Shown here in pieces: positions 5,955 through 12,422 of a stretch of DNA of 14,922 nt (positions within the stretch are counted from its first letter, which is position 1; every line of letters begins with the position of its first letter). This DNA is from an uncultured Clostridia bacterium. GTDB taxonomy: Bacteria; Bacillota; Clostridia; Christensenellales; Aristaeellaceae. The stretch is from NCBI GenBank assembly GCA_937886445.1, contig CALGBY010000132.1, positions 1-14,922 of the forward strand, in the 5' to 3' direction. A program made the translations under genes and the position numbers. The notes under the pieces are model-generated. The model did no database searches. It was given only the letters and a program-made list of their open reading frames with translations, and had not been told where the DNA came from.

Positions 5955-6905
5955 ATGATGATGAAGAAATGCCGGAATTGGCTTTGCCTGCTGGCGGCGC
6001 TGATGCTCTGCCTGCCCGCCTTCTGCTTGGGGGAGGAGGCGGTCCCCGCCATGAAGGAATACGGGAATGAGGTATTTACCCTTTCCTATCCGGAGGAACT
6101 GAGGCTGCTGGAATTTGCGGATTCCATCAGCATGTTGAAGGAAGATGGCAGTCTGCTGTTTATCGTCAACTGGTATGACTGGGGAACTCCTGTCCGCATT
6201 CACGATTTACAGAATGGCGGTTTTATGAATTATATGGTATCGAACATTACACCCACAGCGAAAGGTTTTGCTGATGAGGGGTATGTGACCCTGGGCAGAA
6301 TCGAGTACGCGGCAGGCAGCGGTCGGGTGCTGGATGGTGTTTTCAGCTGCTGGTTCGGCGGCGCGGGGAACTATATCATCTATAGCTATGCCTACGGCGA
6401 GGACGGCATCGCGGCGGCGGAAGAGATCCTTCCCATGCTGGTGCCCGCTCACCCGCAGGTGAATGAGGCGTACGGGGAGAAAGGATATCTCCTCTACACC
6501 TGTGATGATTTTTCGGTTCCTTATCCGGAAACATGGACGGTGATGGACGGGGCGGAGGAAGACATGTACTTCCTGGCGGAGGACGGGCATCTGTTCCAGA
6601 TCACCTGGCTGTGTTTTCCGGAGGAGCCGGGGGTGAGCGCGGAGAATTTGCTTGCCAATGGTGCGATCGAGCGTATGGCGGAATCCATGTTGCAGCAATA
6701 TCCGGACGCGGTATACATCAATACCGGGGAGATCCGCTCCATCGGCGGGGAGGATTATGTTTATATGTCCCTAAAGCATCCGGACACGAATAGCCATCAG
6801 TACATCATCGTGAAAGGGCATTACCTTCTTATGTATGCGGCCTGTTCGGATGAATGCAATGCCAACGCGGAATATATCATTTCCCATCTGGAACTGAAGG
6901 AATAA
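5955..6905 (+). CDS. Secreted hypothetical protein with two tandem homologous domains
   Basis: - GGAGG (5948-5952) is followed by ATGATGATG. The true start is probably the 2nd or 3rd ATG (5958 or 5961).
- Signal peptide KKCRNWLCLLAALMLCLPAFCLG|EE.
- The two halves open with similar blocks: FTLSYPEELRLLEF..EDGSLLFIVNW and FSVPYPETWTVMDG..EDGHLFQITW. Confidence 0.7.
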   Translation: MMMKKCRNWLCLLAALMLCLPAFCLGEEAVPAMKEYGNEVFTLSYPEELRLLEFADSISMLKEDGSLLFIVNWYDWGTPVRIHDLQNGGFMNYMVSNITPTAKGFADEGYVTLGRIEYAAGSGRVLDGVFSCWFGGAGNYIIYSYAYGEDGIAAAEEILPMLVPAHPQVNEAYGEKGYLLYTCDDFSVPYPETWTVMDGAEEDMYFLAEDGHLFQITWLCFPEEPGVSAENLLANGAIERMAESMLQQYPDAVYINTGEIRSIGGEDYVYMSLKHPDTNSHQYIIVKGHYLLMYAACSDECNANAEYIISHLELKE

Positions 6906-7196
6906 TCTCTTTCCCTTATAATGCTGACGGAATGATTTTTCCGGTGCGGAAATCCTGCACAAAATGCGCCCGCATCAGAGCCTACCTCATTAATCAGTGT
7001 TTCCCTAGGTATACTATATCATATTTGTAGCAGCTCTGCCATTGCCATAACCCAGCCCCACGATTTTCCTCAGAAAATCATCGCCTGCTCAGTTTGTACT
7101 GTTGTCTGTATTTCATTAAGGAATGTTTTGCAGTGCAAAGAGTAGCTTGATGATAGCATGCACCTTTATTTCTGTCAAGTTCGGCCCGTCAGCTTA

Positions 7197-7304
7197 TCAG
7201 AACCACCCACCCGGCAGATATTTCCGCTGCGCTTCCGGCATATTGTCAAACAGTTTCGGACAGTCTTTCCGGCCGATTCCGCCGAGCTGCGGATCAGAAA
7301 GCTC
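7197..7304 (-). other. Possible fossil coding fragment inside a 550-bp gene-free gap
   Basis: A minus-strand frame reads ELSDPQLGGIGRKDCPKLFDNMPEAQRKYLPGGWF* and is bounded by stops (TAG 7305-7307, TGA 7197-7199). It looks protein-like, but it has no start codon and I recognised no family. Confidence 0.15.
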
Positions 7305-7455
7305 CTATGCAAAATAACGCGGTTGTGGTAATATATAAGCATCGCTAAGAAACGGCGAGAATCAAGATCCCCGGAGCGGAACACCTCAGCGCTTCGCTTG
7401 CAGAACGGAACATATACTTTTGTCTTTATTTCCCCGTTGATTCAGGAGGTCCCGC

Positions 7456-8949
7456 ATGCAAAAGCAACAGAAAATTTCCGGAAAACTGATCCTGACAGCT
7501 GTTGTGCAGCTGCTGGCGGCAGCGCTGCTGACCTGGCTGACGGAACTGATCTGCGATCATTTTCTGCAGGATCTCCTGTCCGCCTATGAATGGTTCGGCA
7601 GCCTGATTTTTGTGATCTGCGGCCTGTTTCTGGGGCTGCCGGGCGTTGTCGGCTGCAGCCTGACCTACTTCGTTTTGTCGCTGGGCGTTTACCAGCCCGG
7701 GCTTGCCGCCGTGTTCGCGATCGCCAAGCTTCCGGTCGCGTTGGCTGCATTCCTGGGCAGAAAGGAAGCGGGCTGCCTCGACACGATGCGGGATGTGCTG
7801 GTCTATATGGGCATCTGCCTGGCCGGCTGCCTTGTCTCCTTCTTCTGTCAATGCTACTACAGCACCGGCGCGTTTGTCAGTGTGCTGGGCGTGCAGGATC
7901 TGTATACCAGCCTCAATCTGCTGTCCAGTAACTTCTGCAGCGTCGCTTTTTTCGGGATCCCGCTGTGCGCGCTGATCTTCCGGCTGCTGGGCCGGAGAAC
8001 GCCGGAGGTGGGCCGGAACGAAAAGGCCCAGGTGCGGGCGATGCTGCTGGTGCTGCCCGCGTTTCTGGCGGCGTCCCTGTTCTGCTTTATCCGCTGCCTG
8101 CCAGATTCCGTCGCTTCCGAGGAATGCTGGTGCAAGGTGTTCATCTATACCGCGGCGATGGAGATCTCCATGATGCTGATTGAGTATTTCCTGATCCGCT
8201 GGAAAAAGAAGACGCTGATCGGCGTTCTGGCCCTTCAGCTGGTCTGCATCATCTGGGGGATCTTCGCGAAGGATCCGATGGAATCCCTGCTGATCGTCGG
8301 CGCTGCCACTGTCTATGTCCTGATCCGGATCCTGTGCTTTGAACGGCTGGAAAGGAAGCTCGGGGAGAGCAAAGTTCTGCGGATCGGCCTGGCGGCGGCC
8401 AATACGATCTGTATGCTGCTGATGATCCTGTCCAACGCACTGACGGACGCCATTCTGGTACTGCCTCTGGCAGATGGAACGGAACCCTACACCATTATTC
8501 TCGGCGCACCGGTCCAGGACGGAAAGGCCAGCGATATCCTCGTCAACCGGATGGATACCGCGGAGGTCTGGGCCAGACAGAACCCGGATACCATGATCTT
8601 CATTACCGGCGGTACCAAGGCGGAAGCAGGCGGCGTTTCCGAAGCGGATATGATCGGTCAGCGGCTGATCGATTCCGGCGTCCGGCCGGAACGAATCGTC
8701 TATGAACGGAACGCGACCACCACGCTGGAGAATTTTCAGAATATCCGGCAGATATTTCTGGACGAGGGGCTGGACACGGAAGCCCGGGTGACTTTGCTGT
8801 CCAGTGAGTTCCACTATGTCCGTTCCACGATGCTGGCTGCGCAGGCGGGATTCCATCACCTGACCTATGTCCGCACGGGCTGGGATTTCTTCTCAAATAT
8901 CCTCTGGAGCTTCCGGGAAGCCGCTGTTCTGATCCCGCTGCTTTTCTGA
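7456..8949 (+). CDS. Polytopic, Cys-rich membrane domain fused to a C-terminal DUF218 (YdcF/SanA/ElyC-like) domain
   Basis: - AGGAGG (7444-7449) lies 6 nt upstream of the ATG.
- Residues ~1-330 form roughly 9-10 hydrophobic segments with many cysteines (e.g. GICLAGCLVSFFCQCYY, EECWCKVF).
- From nt ~8488 the DUF218 blocks appear: YTIILGAPV, ILVNRMDTA, IFITGG, VSEADMI and ERNATTTLEN. Confidence 0.8.
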   Translation: MQKQQKISGKLILTAVVQLLAAALLTWLTELICDHFLQDLLSAYEWFGSLIFVICGLFLGLPGVVGCSLTYFVLSLGVYQPGLAAVFAIAKLPVALAAFLGRKEAGCLDTMRDVLVYMGICLAGCLVSFFCQCYYSTGAFVSVLGVQDLYTSLNLLSSNFCSVAFFGIPLCALIFRLLGRRTPEVGRNEKAQVRAMLLVLPAFLAASLFCFIRCLPDSVASEECWCKVFIYTAAMEISMMLIEYFLIRWKKKTLIGVLALQLVCIIWGIFAKDPMESLLIVGAATVYVLIRILCFERLERKLGESKVLRIGLAAANTICMLLMILSNALTDAILVLPLADGTEPYTIILGAPVQDGKASDILVNRMDTAEVWARQNPDTMIFITGGTKAEAGGVSEADMIGQRLIDSGVRPERIVYERNATTTLENFQNIRQIFLDEGLDTEARVTLLSSEFHYVRSTMLAAQAGFHHLTYVRTGWDFFSNILWSFREAAVLIPLLF

Positions 8950-9044
8950 GAACAACGCAACTATTCAGTTCTGCCGGTATTCCACAAGCTTCAAAGCAGT
9001 CCCTTGCCGCAGCGAAAAACAGGCATCAAAACAGGAGATGATGA

Positions 9045-9314
9045 ACGCCCCTTGTAGATCCTGAAACAGATATCCCCGCACGTTTGGACGCAGGCACATC
9101 AATTTTGAATGTGGCGGGTGGAATTGAAACATCGGAGATTGTTAGAAGGATCCGAAAGGATTTTCCGGAGGTTCCAATCATTGCTTCCGGAGGGAAAACC
9201 GGAGCTGACATAGAAAAAACAATACAAGCCGGTGCGAACGCGATTACATATACTCCTCCAACTTCTGGCGAATTATTCAAACAGATGATGTCGAAGTATC
9301 GTGAACAAGAATAA
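9045..9314 (+). pseudogene. 5'-truncated C-terminal fragment of a phosphate-binding TIM-barrel enzyme
   Basis: The frame is open only from 9045, after TGA 9042-9044. It reads ..LDAGTSILNVAGGIETSEIVRRIRKDFPEVPIIASGGKTGADIEKTIQAGANAITYTPP... The (I/V)IASGG...AGA pattern is typical of the last beta-alpha units of TIM barrels such as the NanE, ThiE and FMN-oxidoreductase type. There are too few residues for a whole barrel, and the only start is TTG 9084, which has no RBS. Confidence 0.45.
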
Positions 9315-9326
9315 GGACTGGCTCGT

Positions 9327-9356
9327 TTGACAGGCGCTAATGCCTTGCTATATAAT
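9327..9356 (+). promoter_or_regulatory. Near-consensus SigA-type promoter with no intact gene downstream
   Basis: TTGACA (9327-9332) is followed by TGcTATATAAT. The -10 is either TATATA at 9349-9354 (16-nt spacer, extended TG) or TATAAT at 9351-9356 (18-nt spacer). The architecture is almost identical to the promoter at 476-505. The first downstream ORF is 11 codons long (ATG 9395, MQNTIVTPDMG*). Confidence 0.5.
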
Positions 9357-9453
9357 GCTTTTGAGAACTGAAACAATAAAAGAAGGGCTTTCCCATGCAA
9401 AATACTATAGTAACTCCAGATATGGGGTGACCTATCATGATTTTTGAGGATAA

Positions 9454-9633
9454 CTCCGCGTGAAATCAGCTTTCGCCCAAGGAAATGAAAAGAAGTCCTA
9501 ACTGAAACAGGTAAAGACACTAAGCGGCTTTCTTGAGTGTGGCGCTATCAGCAAAGAGCAGTATGACAAACCACTCAATAATCTTACGGAGGAGATGAGG
9601 ATGGGACAGCATAATGCCTTTCCTGCACAATAG
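9454..9633 (+). pseudogene. SHOCT-like C-terminal remnant with an in-frame stop
   Basis: One frame reads LRVKSAFAQGNEKKS*LKQVKTLSGFLECGAISKEQYDKPLNNLTEEMRMGQHNAFPAQ*. The segment L..FLE.GAIS.E.YDK resembles the SHOCT short C-terminal domain. There is no start and an internal TAA at 9499-9501. Confidence 0.25.
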
Positions 9634-9681
9634 AAACCGTAAGGCATTAGTCGCAAAAATGCACAATAACAGAAAATTATC

Positions 9682-10083
9682 TTGGAGGGGCTGAAATGGT
9701 TGAAGAAAAGATCCGGCAGCTATAGTCTGCCTGTTTGCGAAGCAGAGGAGCGATACAACTTCCTCCTGCACCAGCGAATGTCTCGGTTCGTTGCCGAAGA
9801 TCACTTTGGAATGACGGACAGCGCTGTACTCAGCGCAATTGAGTGCCACACGACTCTTTACGCCAACGCAACACCCTATGACATGGCGCTGTTCATTGCT
9901 GACAAGCTGGCGTGGGATCAACAGGGCATACCGCCTTATGACGAAGCTGTCCGGCACGCTCTGGATCACTCTCTGGAAGCAGCCTGTCTGGCGTACATGG
10001 AAGACACTATGACTTCCGGGCGAATGCTGTGTCCCCATACTAACTGGACGCTTGCGTATGACTGGCTGACACAGAAGCCATAA
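9682..10083 (+). pseudogene. YqeK-like HD-superfamily hydrolase remnant lacking the H..HD metal-binding region
   Basis: - The C-terminal half shows YqeK-like blocks: VLSAIECHTT, ALFIADKLAWDQ and a helical tail ..LEAACLAYMEDTM..
- The N-terminal H/HD motifs are absent and the ORF is only 133 aa, against roughly 190 expected.
- A good RBS and ATG (GGAGGGG, ATG 9696) are in a different frame and stop after 9 codons (MVEEKIRQL*). This suggests a frameshift plus an internal deletion. Confidence 0.45.
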
Positions 10084-10208
10084 ATCTGTCGTCGTCATAT
10101 CCAACAAAGATTAACCTACGGTTGATACCGCGCGTTTCAGCTTCAACAAGTATGTAATTGTCCCGATCTGCTTGATGTGCTATGCTTAAAGCCAAGGAGG
10201 AATATGCT

Positions 10209-10955
10209 ATGTTTACACAGGAGCTTTTCGGGAAAAGGCTGAAGGAATTCCGTACACGTATGCAGCTGACGCAAAAGGATGTTGCCACGCGGATCGGGGT
10301 TTCAGTGCAAGCGCTTTACAAGTGGGAAAACGGAAACTGTCTGCCAGATGTGTATCACCTGAAGCTGCTGTCACAGGTTCTAAAGGTGTCTGCAGATCAG
10401 CTGCTGGCTGATGATGATATCCAGGAAGAACGAATCGTCGAAAGTATCCGAATTGGCGAGGCTGTCTTTGATGTCGTAGACAAGCCGGCAATGGTTCTGG
10501 CAGGACGTATTATCCACGCCAAGGACTTCGATAGCATGGACGACTTTGACAAAGCCATCGAAGAGGCAGCCGCTCATGAAGACATGATCTATTCGCATTT
10601 GACGGATGTCGTTTATCCCATCAGCGATATTCGCCTCAGCGTCAACTTCTGGCGCGAGGAAAGCCTTCGGGCTTATGGTTTCGTGCGGGAGGTAGCAAAC
10701 GGTCAGCAAGCAGAGGGTGTAGATATATTTCATGTGCCTGCCTCACTTTATATCCGGGCGTATACGGATAGGGCAAGTGCGCAGCTTCTGCTGAAGGAGC
10801 AATGTGAGACATGGGAGCTGTTCGCGTACATCAGAAACTACCTGATGCCAAGTCATGGTTTTCGGATGGCTGAGAACGGAGCCCAGGAGTTGGAAGTGTT
10901 CGACACTTCCAAGCATGAAACTGGCTATGTGTACATGCCAGTGATGCGTTGCTGA
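10209..10955 (+). CDS. XRE (Cro/C1) helix-turn-helix regulator fused to a GyrI-like / AraC-effector-binding-type small-molecule-binding domain
   Basis: The start is placed at ATG 10209, 8 nt after AAGGAGG (10194-10200). The N-terminus is a classic XRE HTH: FGKRLKEFRTRMQLTQKDVATRIGVSVQALYKWENGNCLPDVYHLKLLSQVLKVSADQLL. The C-terminal ~165 aa has GyrI-like features (..MVLAGRI.., ..YGFVREV.., ..FHVPASLYIRAY..). Confidence 0.75.
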   Translation: MFTQELFGKRLKEFRTRMQLTQKDVATRIGVSVQALYKWENGNCLPDVYHLKLLSQVLKVSADQLLADDDIQEERIVESIRIGEAVFDVVDKPAMVLAGRIIHAKDFDSMDDFDKAIEEAAAHEDMIYSHLTDVVYPISDIRLSVNFWREESLRAYGFVREVANGQQAEGVDIFHVPASLYIRAYTDRASAQLLLKEQCETWELFAYIRNYLMPSHGFRMAENGAQELEVFDTSKHETGYVYMPVMRC

Positions 10956-11024
10956 TTCATACCGGGTGCGCACCTTGCGCTGGGCCATCCAATAGGGGCG
11001 CGCAGCATCCCTGTTGGCACACGA

Positions 11025-11054
11025 CTTTGCTTGCAAAGTGTAGTGTGTTATACC
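11025..11054 (+). promoter_or_regulatory. Putative promoter with an overlapping inverted repeat (candidate operator) upstream of the SdpI-fragment/VOC pair
   Basis: The inverted repeat is CTTTGC-TT-GCAAAG (11025-11038). It overlaps a weak -35, TTGCTT (11027-11032). A 16-nt spacer leads to TGtTATACC, an extended -10 at 11046-11054. The site lies 70 nt downstream of the XRE-GyrI gene. Confidence 0.25.
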
Positions 11055-11058
11055 TTTT

Positions 11059-11292
11059 GTGAGCTATATGCTTGGAATCAGGCTTCCATGGACGCTCCAC
11101 AGTGAAGATAACTGGGAAAAAACGCATCGTATAGCAGGCCATGTATGGATGATATGCGGATTCTGTATGATCATCGCCAGCCTATTGTCATATCGTCGTA
11201 TTACATTCCTTGTCCTTATTGCATGTATGGTTCTGATTCCGACGGTTTACTCCTGTTTTTATTACAAGAAGAATGAAGGAGGTACAAAATGA
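11059..11292 (+). CDS. SdpI/YhfL-family membrane protein, probably a 5'-truncated remnant
   Basis: It contains the motif LGIRLPWTLHSEDNWEKTHRIAGHVW followed by two hydrophobic helices, as in the SdpI immunity-protein domain. It is only 77 aa, starts at GTG without an RBS, and has a stop 6 codons upstream (TAG 11041-11043). Its stop overlaps the next gene's start as ATGA (11289-11292). Confidence 0.5.
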   Translation: MSYMLGIRLPWTLHSEDNWEKTHRIAGHVWMICGFCMIIASLLSYRRITFLVLIACMVLIPTVYSCFYYKKNEGGTK

Positions 11293-11774
11293 GATTTTCA
11301 ACAACATTACTTGCTGTTCGGGACATGAATCGTTCTCTTGCGTTTTATAAAACCTTCTTTGATCAGGACGTTGTGTGTGATCTGGGATGGAACAAGACAT
11401 TAACCTGCGGTCTTGCTCTTCAGTTGCATTTTGATAAACTATGCGGTTTCTCCGAAGATAAAATGCAATTTGGCACACATAATATGGAACTATATTTTGA
11501 AACAGAAGAACTGGATGCTTTTCTTGAGCTTTTGGCTGCGCATCCGGAAGTGAAACGCCTTCATGACATAAAAAAACATGAATGGAAGCAGCGGGTCGTT
11601 CGCATTTATGACCCGGATGGGCACATTATCGAGGTTGGAGAAAGTATGGAGAGTGTTGCTTTTCGGGAATTTTCGAAAGGTTATTCCGTACAGGAGACTG
11701 CAGAGTTGATTCAGCACCCGACAGAACTTGTAGAAAAATGGTATGAGCATTACTTGACGAAGAAGGGGAATTGA
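11289..11774 (+). CDS. VOC-family (glyoxalase / bleomycin-resistance / dioxygenase fold) protein
   Basis: GGAGG (11279-11283) precedes the ATG. VOC-like blocks include LAVRDMNRSLAFYKTFF and VVRIYDPDGHIIEVGE. It has a C-terminal helical extension of about 35 aa. Confidence 0.75.
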   Translation: MRFSTTLLAVRDMNRSLAFYKTFFDQDVVCDLGWNKTLTCGLALQLHFDKLCGFSEDKMQFGTHNMELYFETEELDAFLELLAAHPEVKRLHDIKKHEWKQRVVRIYDPDGHIIEVGESMESVAFREFSKGYSVQETAELIQHPTELVEKWYEHYLTKKGN

Positions 11775-11779
11775 GGCTT

Positions 11780-12125
11780 ATGAGTATTTCGATTATCCCC
11801 TATCTTGGTTTCAACTGCAATTGCAAGGAAACAGTTGACAGGTATATCAGCGTGTTCAGCGGACAGGTATAATTCATCTCCTCTTTGGGGAAAGAGAAAT
11901 GGTGATGCCACCTCCGGATGGGGAAAGGTCATGCATGCGGAGTTCGATCTCGGCAGCACACAGATGGACGCAAGCGATCCACCGTTCCGGGTTATCAATG
12001 ATGGTGCCGTAAGGCTGATGATTCGCCTGGACAGTAAAGAGGAAGTATTGAAGGCTGTGGAAATGGACTCATATTGCCACCGCACAAGGTACCGGATGGT
12101 CCATACTGACATGCTTGTTCTATGA
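11780..12125 (+). pseudogene. PhnB/YjdN-like VOC-family gene broken by several 1-nt frameshifts
   Basis: - ATG 11780 gives MSISIIPYLGFNCNCKETVDRYISVFSGQV*, a typical PhnB-like N-terminus, with its stop at 11870-11872.
- The continuation ..IIHLLFGEREMVMPPPDG.. is in a second frame.
- GKVMHAEFDLGSTQMDASD.., a family hallmark, is in a third frame.
- Near 12060-12125 the reading splits again (ENGLILPPHKVPDGPY / MVHTD).
- The frame switches coincide with short homopolymer runs. Confidence 0.65.
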
Positions 12126-12422
12126 TTATTGTATGTTTTTCTTGCGTTAGAAATTGACGTTTTTTATTAGAGTTTTTCTAACGCATGGGCATTTGCCATT
12201 AGGTTTTGTGGCGGTACTATTGCCAATTGAGCCAGACGAAAAGAATTGATATAAGGTCTGTTTTTGAGTAATAGAAGGTATCTCCATCTTCCCATACAGA
12301 ATACTTGTTTCTTTTTTTTGTATCGTCAATTATGACTGTTATACAAGATCATTTTTAGTTATCGTCCACTCTCTCATAATGATACCCTGTCAGGAATGTC
12401 CCCTTAACTCCGTCCCCGGTTG

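Noticed and set aside
7426-8859. 477-aa minus-strand ORF opposite the membrane-DUF218 gene
   Set aside because: Its composition is low-complexity and rich in Q, R, D, G and H, which is typical of antisense frames in GC-rich DNA. The plus frame has AGGAGG, coherent TM helices and DUF218 motifs.
9520-10107. 195-aa minus-strand ORF opposite the YqeK-like remnant. ORFs 9026..9520, 5718..6203 and 6207..6698 on the minus strand are similar cases.
   Set aside because: These have no recognisable domains or RBS. In each case the plus-strand frame carries identifiable family motifs or signal peptides.
12147-12329. 60-aa minus-strand ORF in the AT-rich gap between the PhnB-like pseudogene and the HExxH gene
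   Set aside because: It has no RBS, an implausible sequence, and lies in a convergent intergenic region containing T-runs and an inverted repeat. It is probably non-coding.
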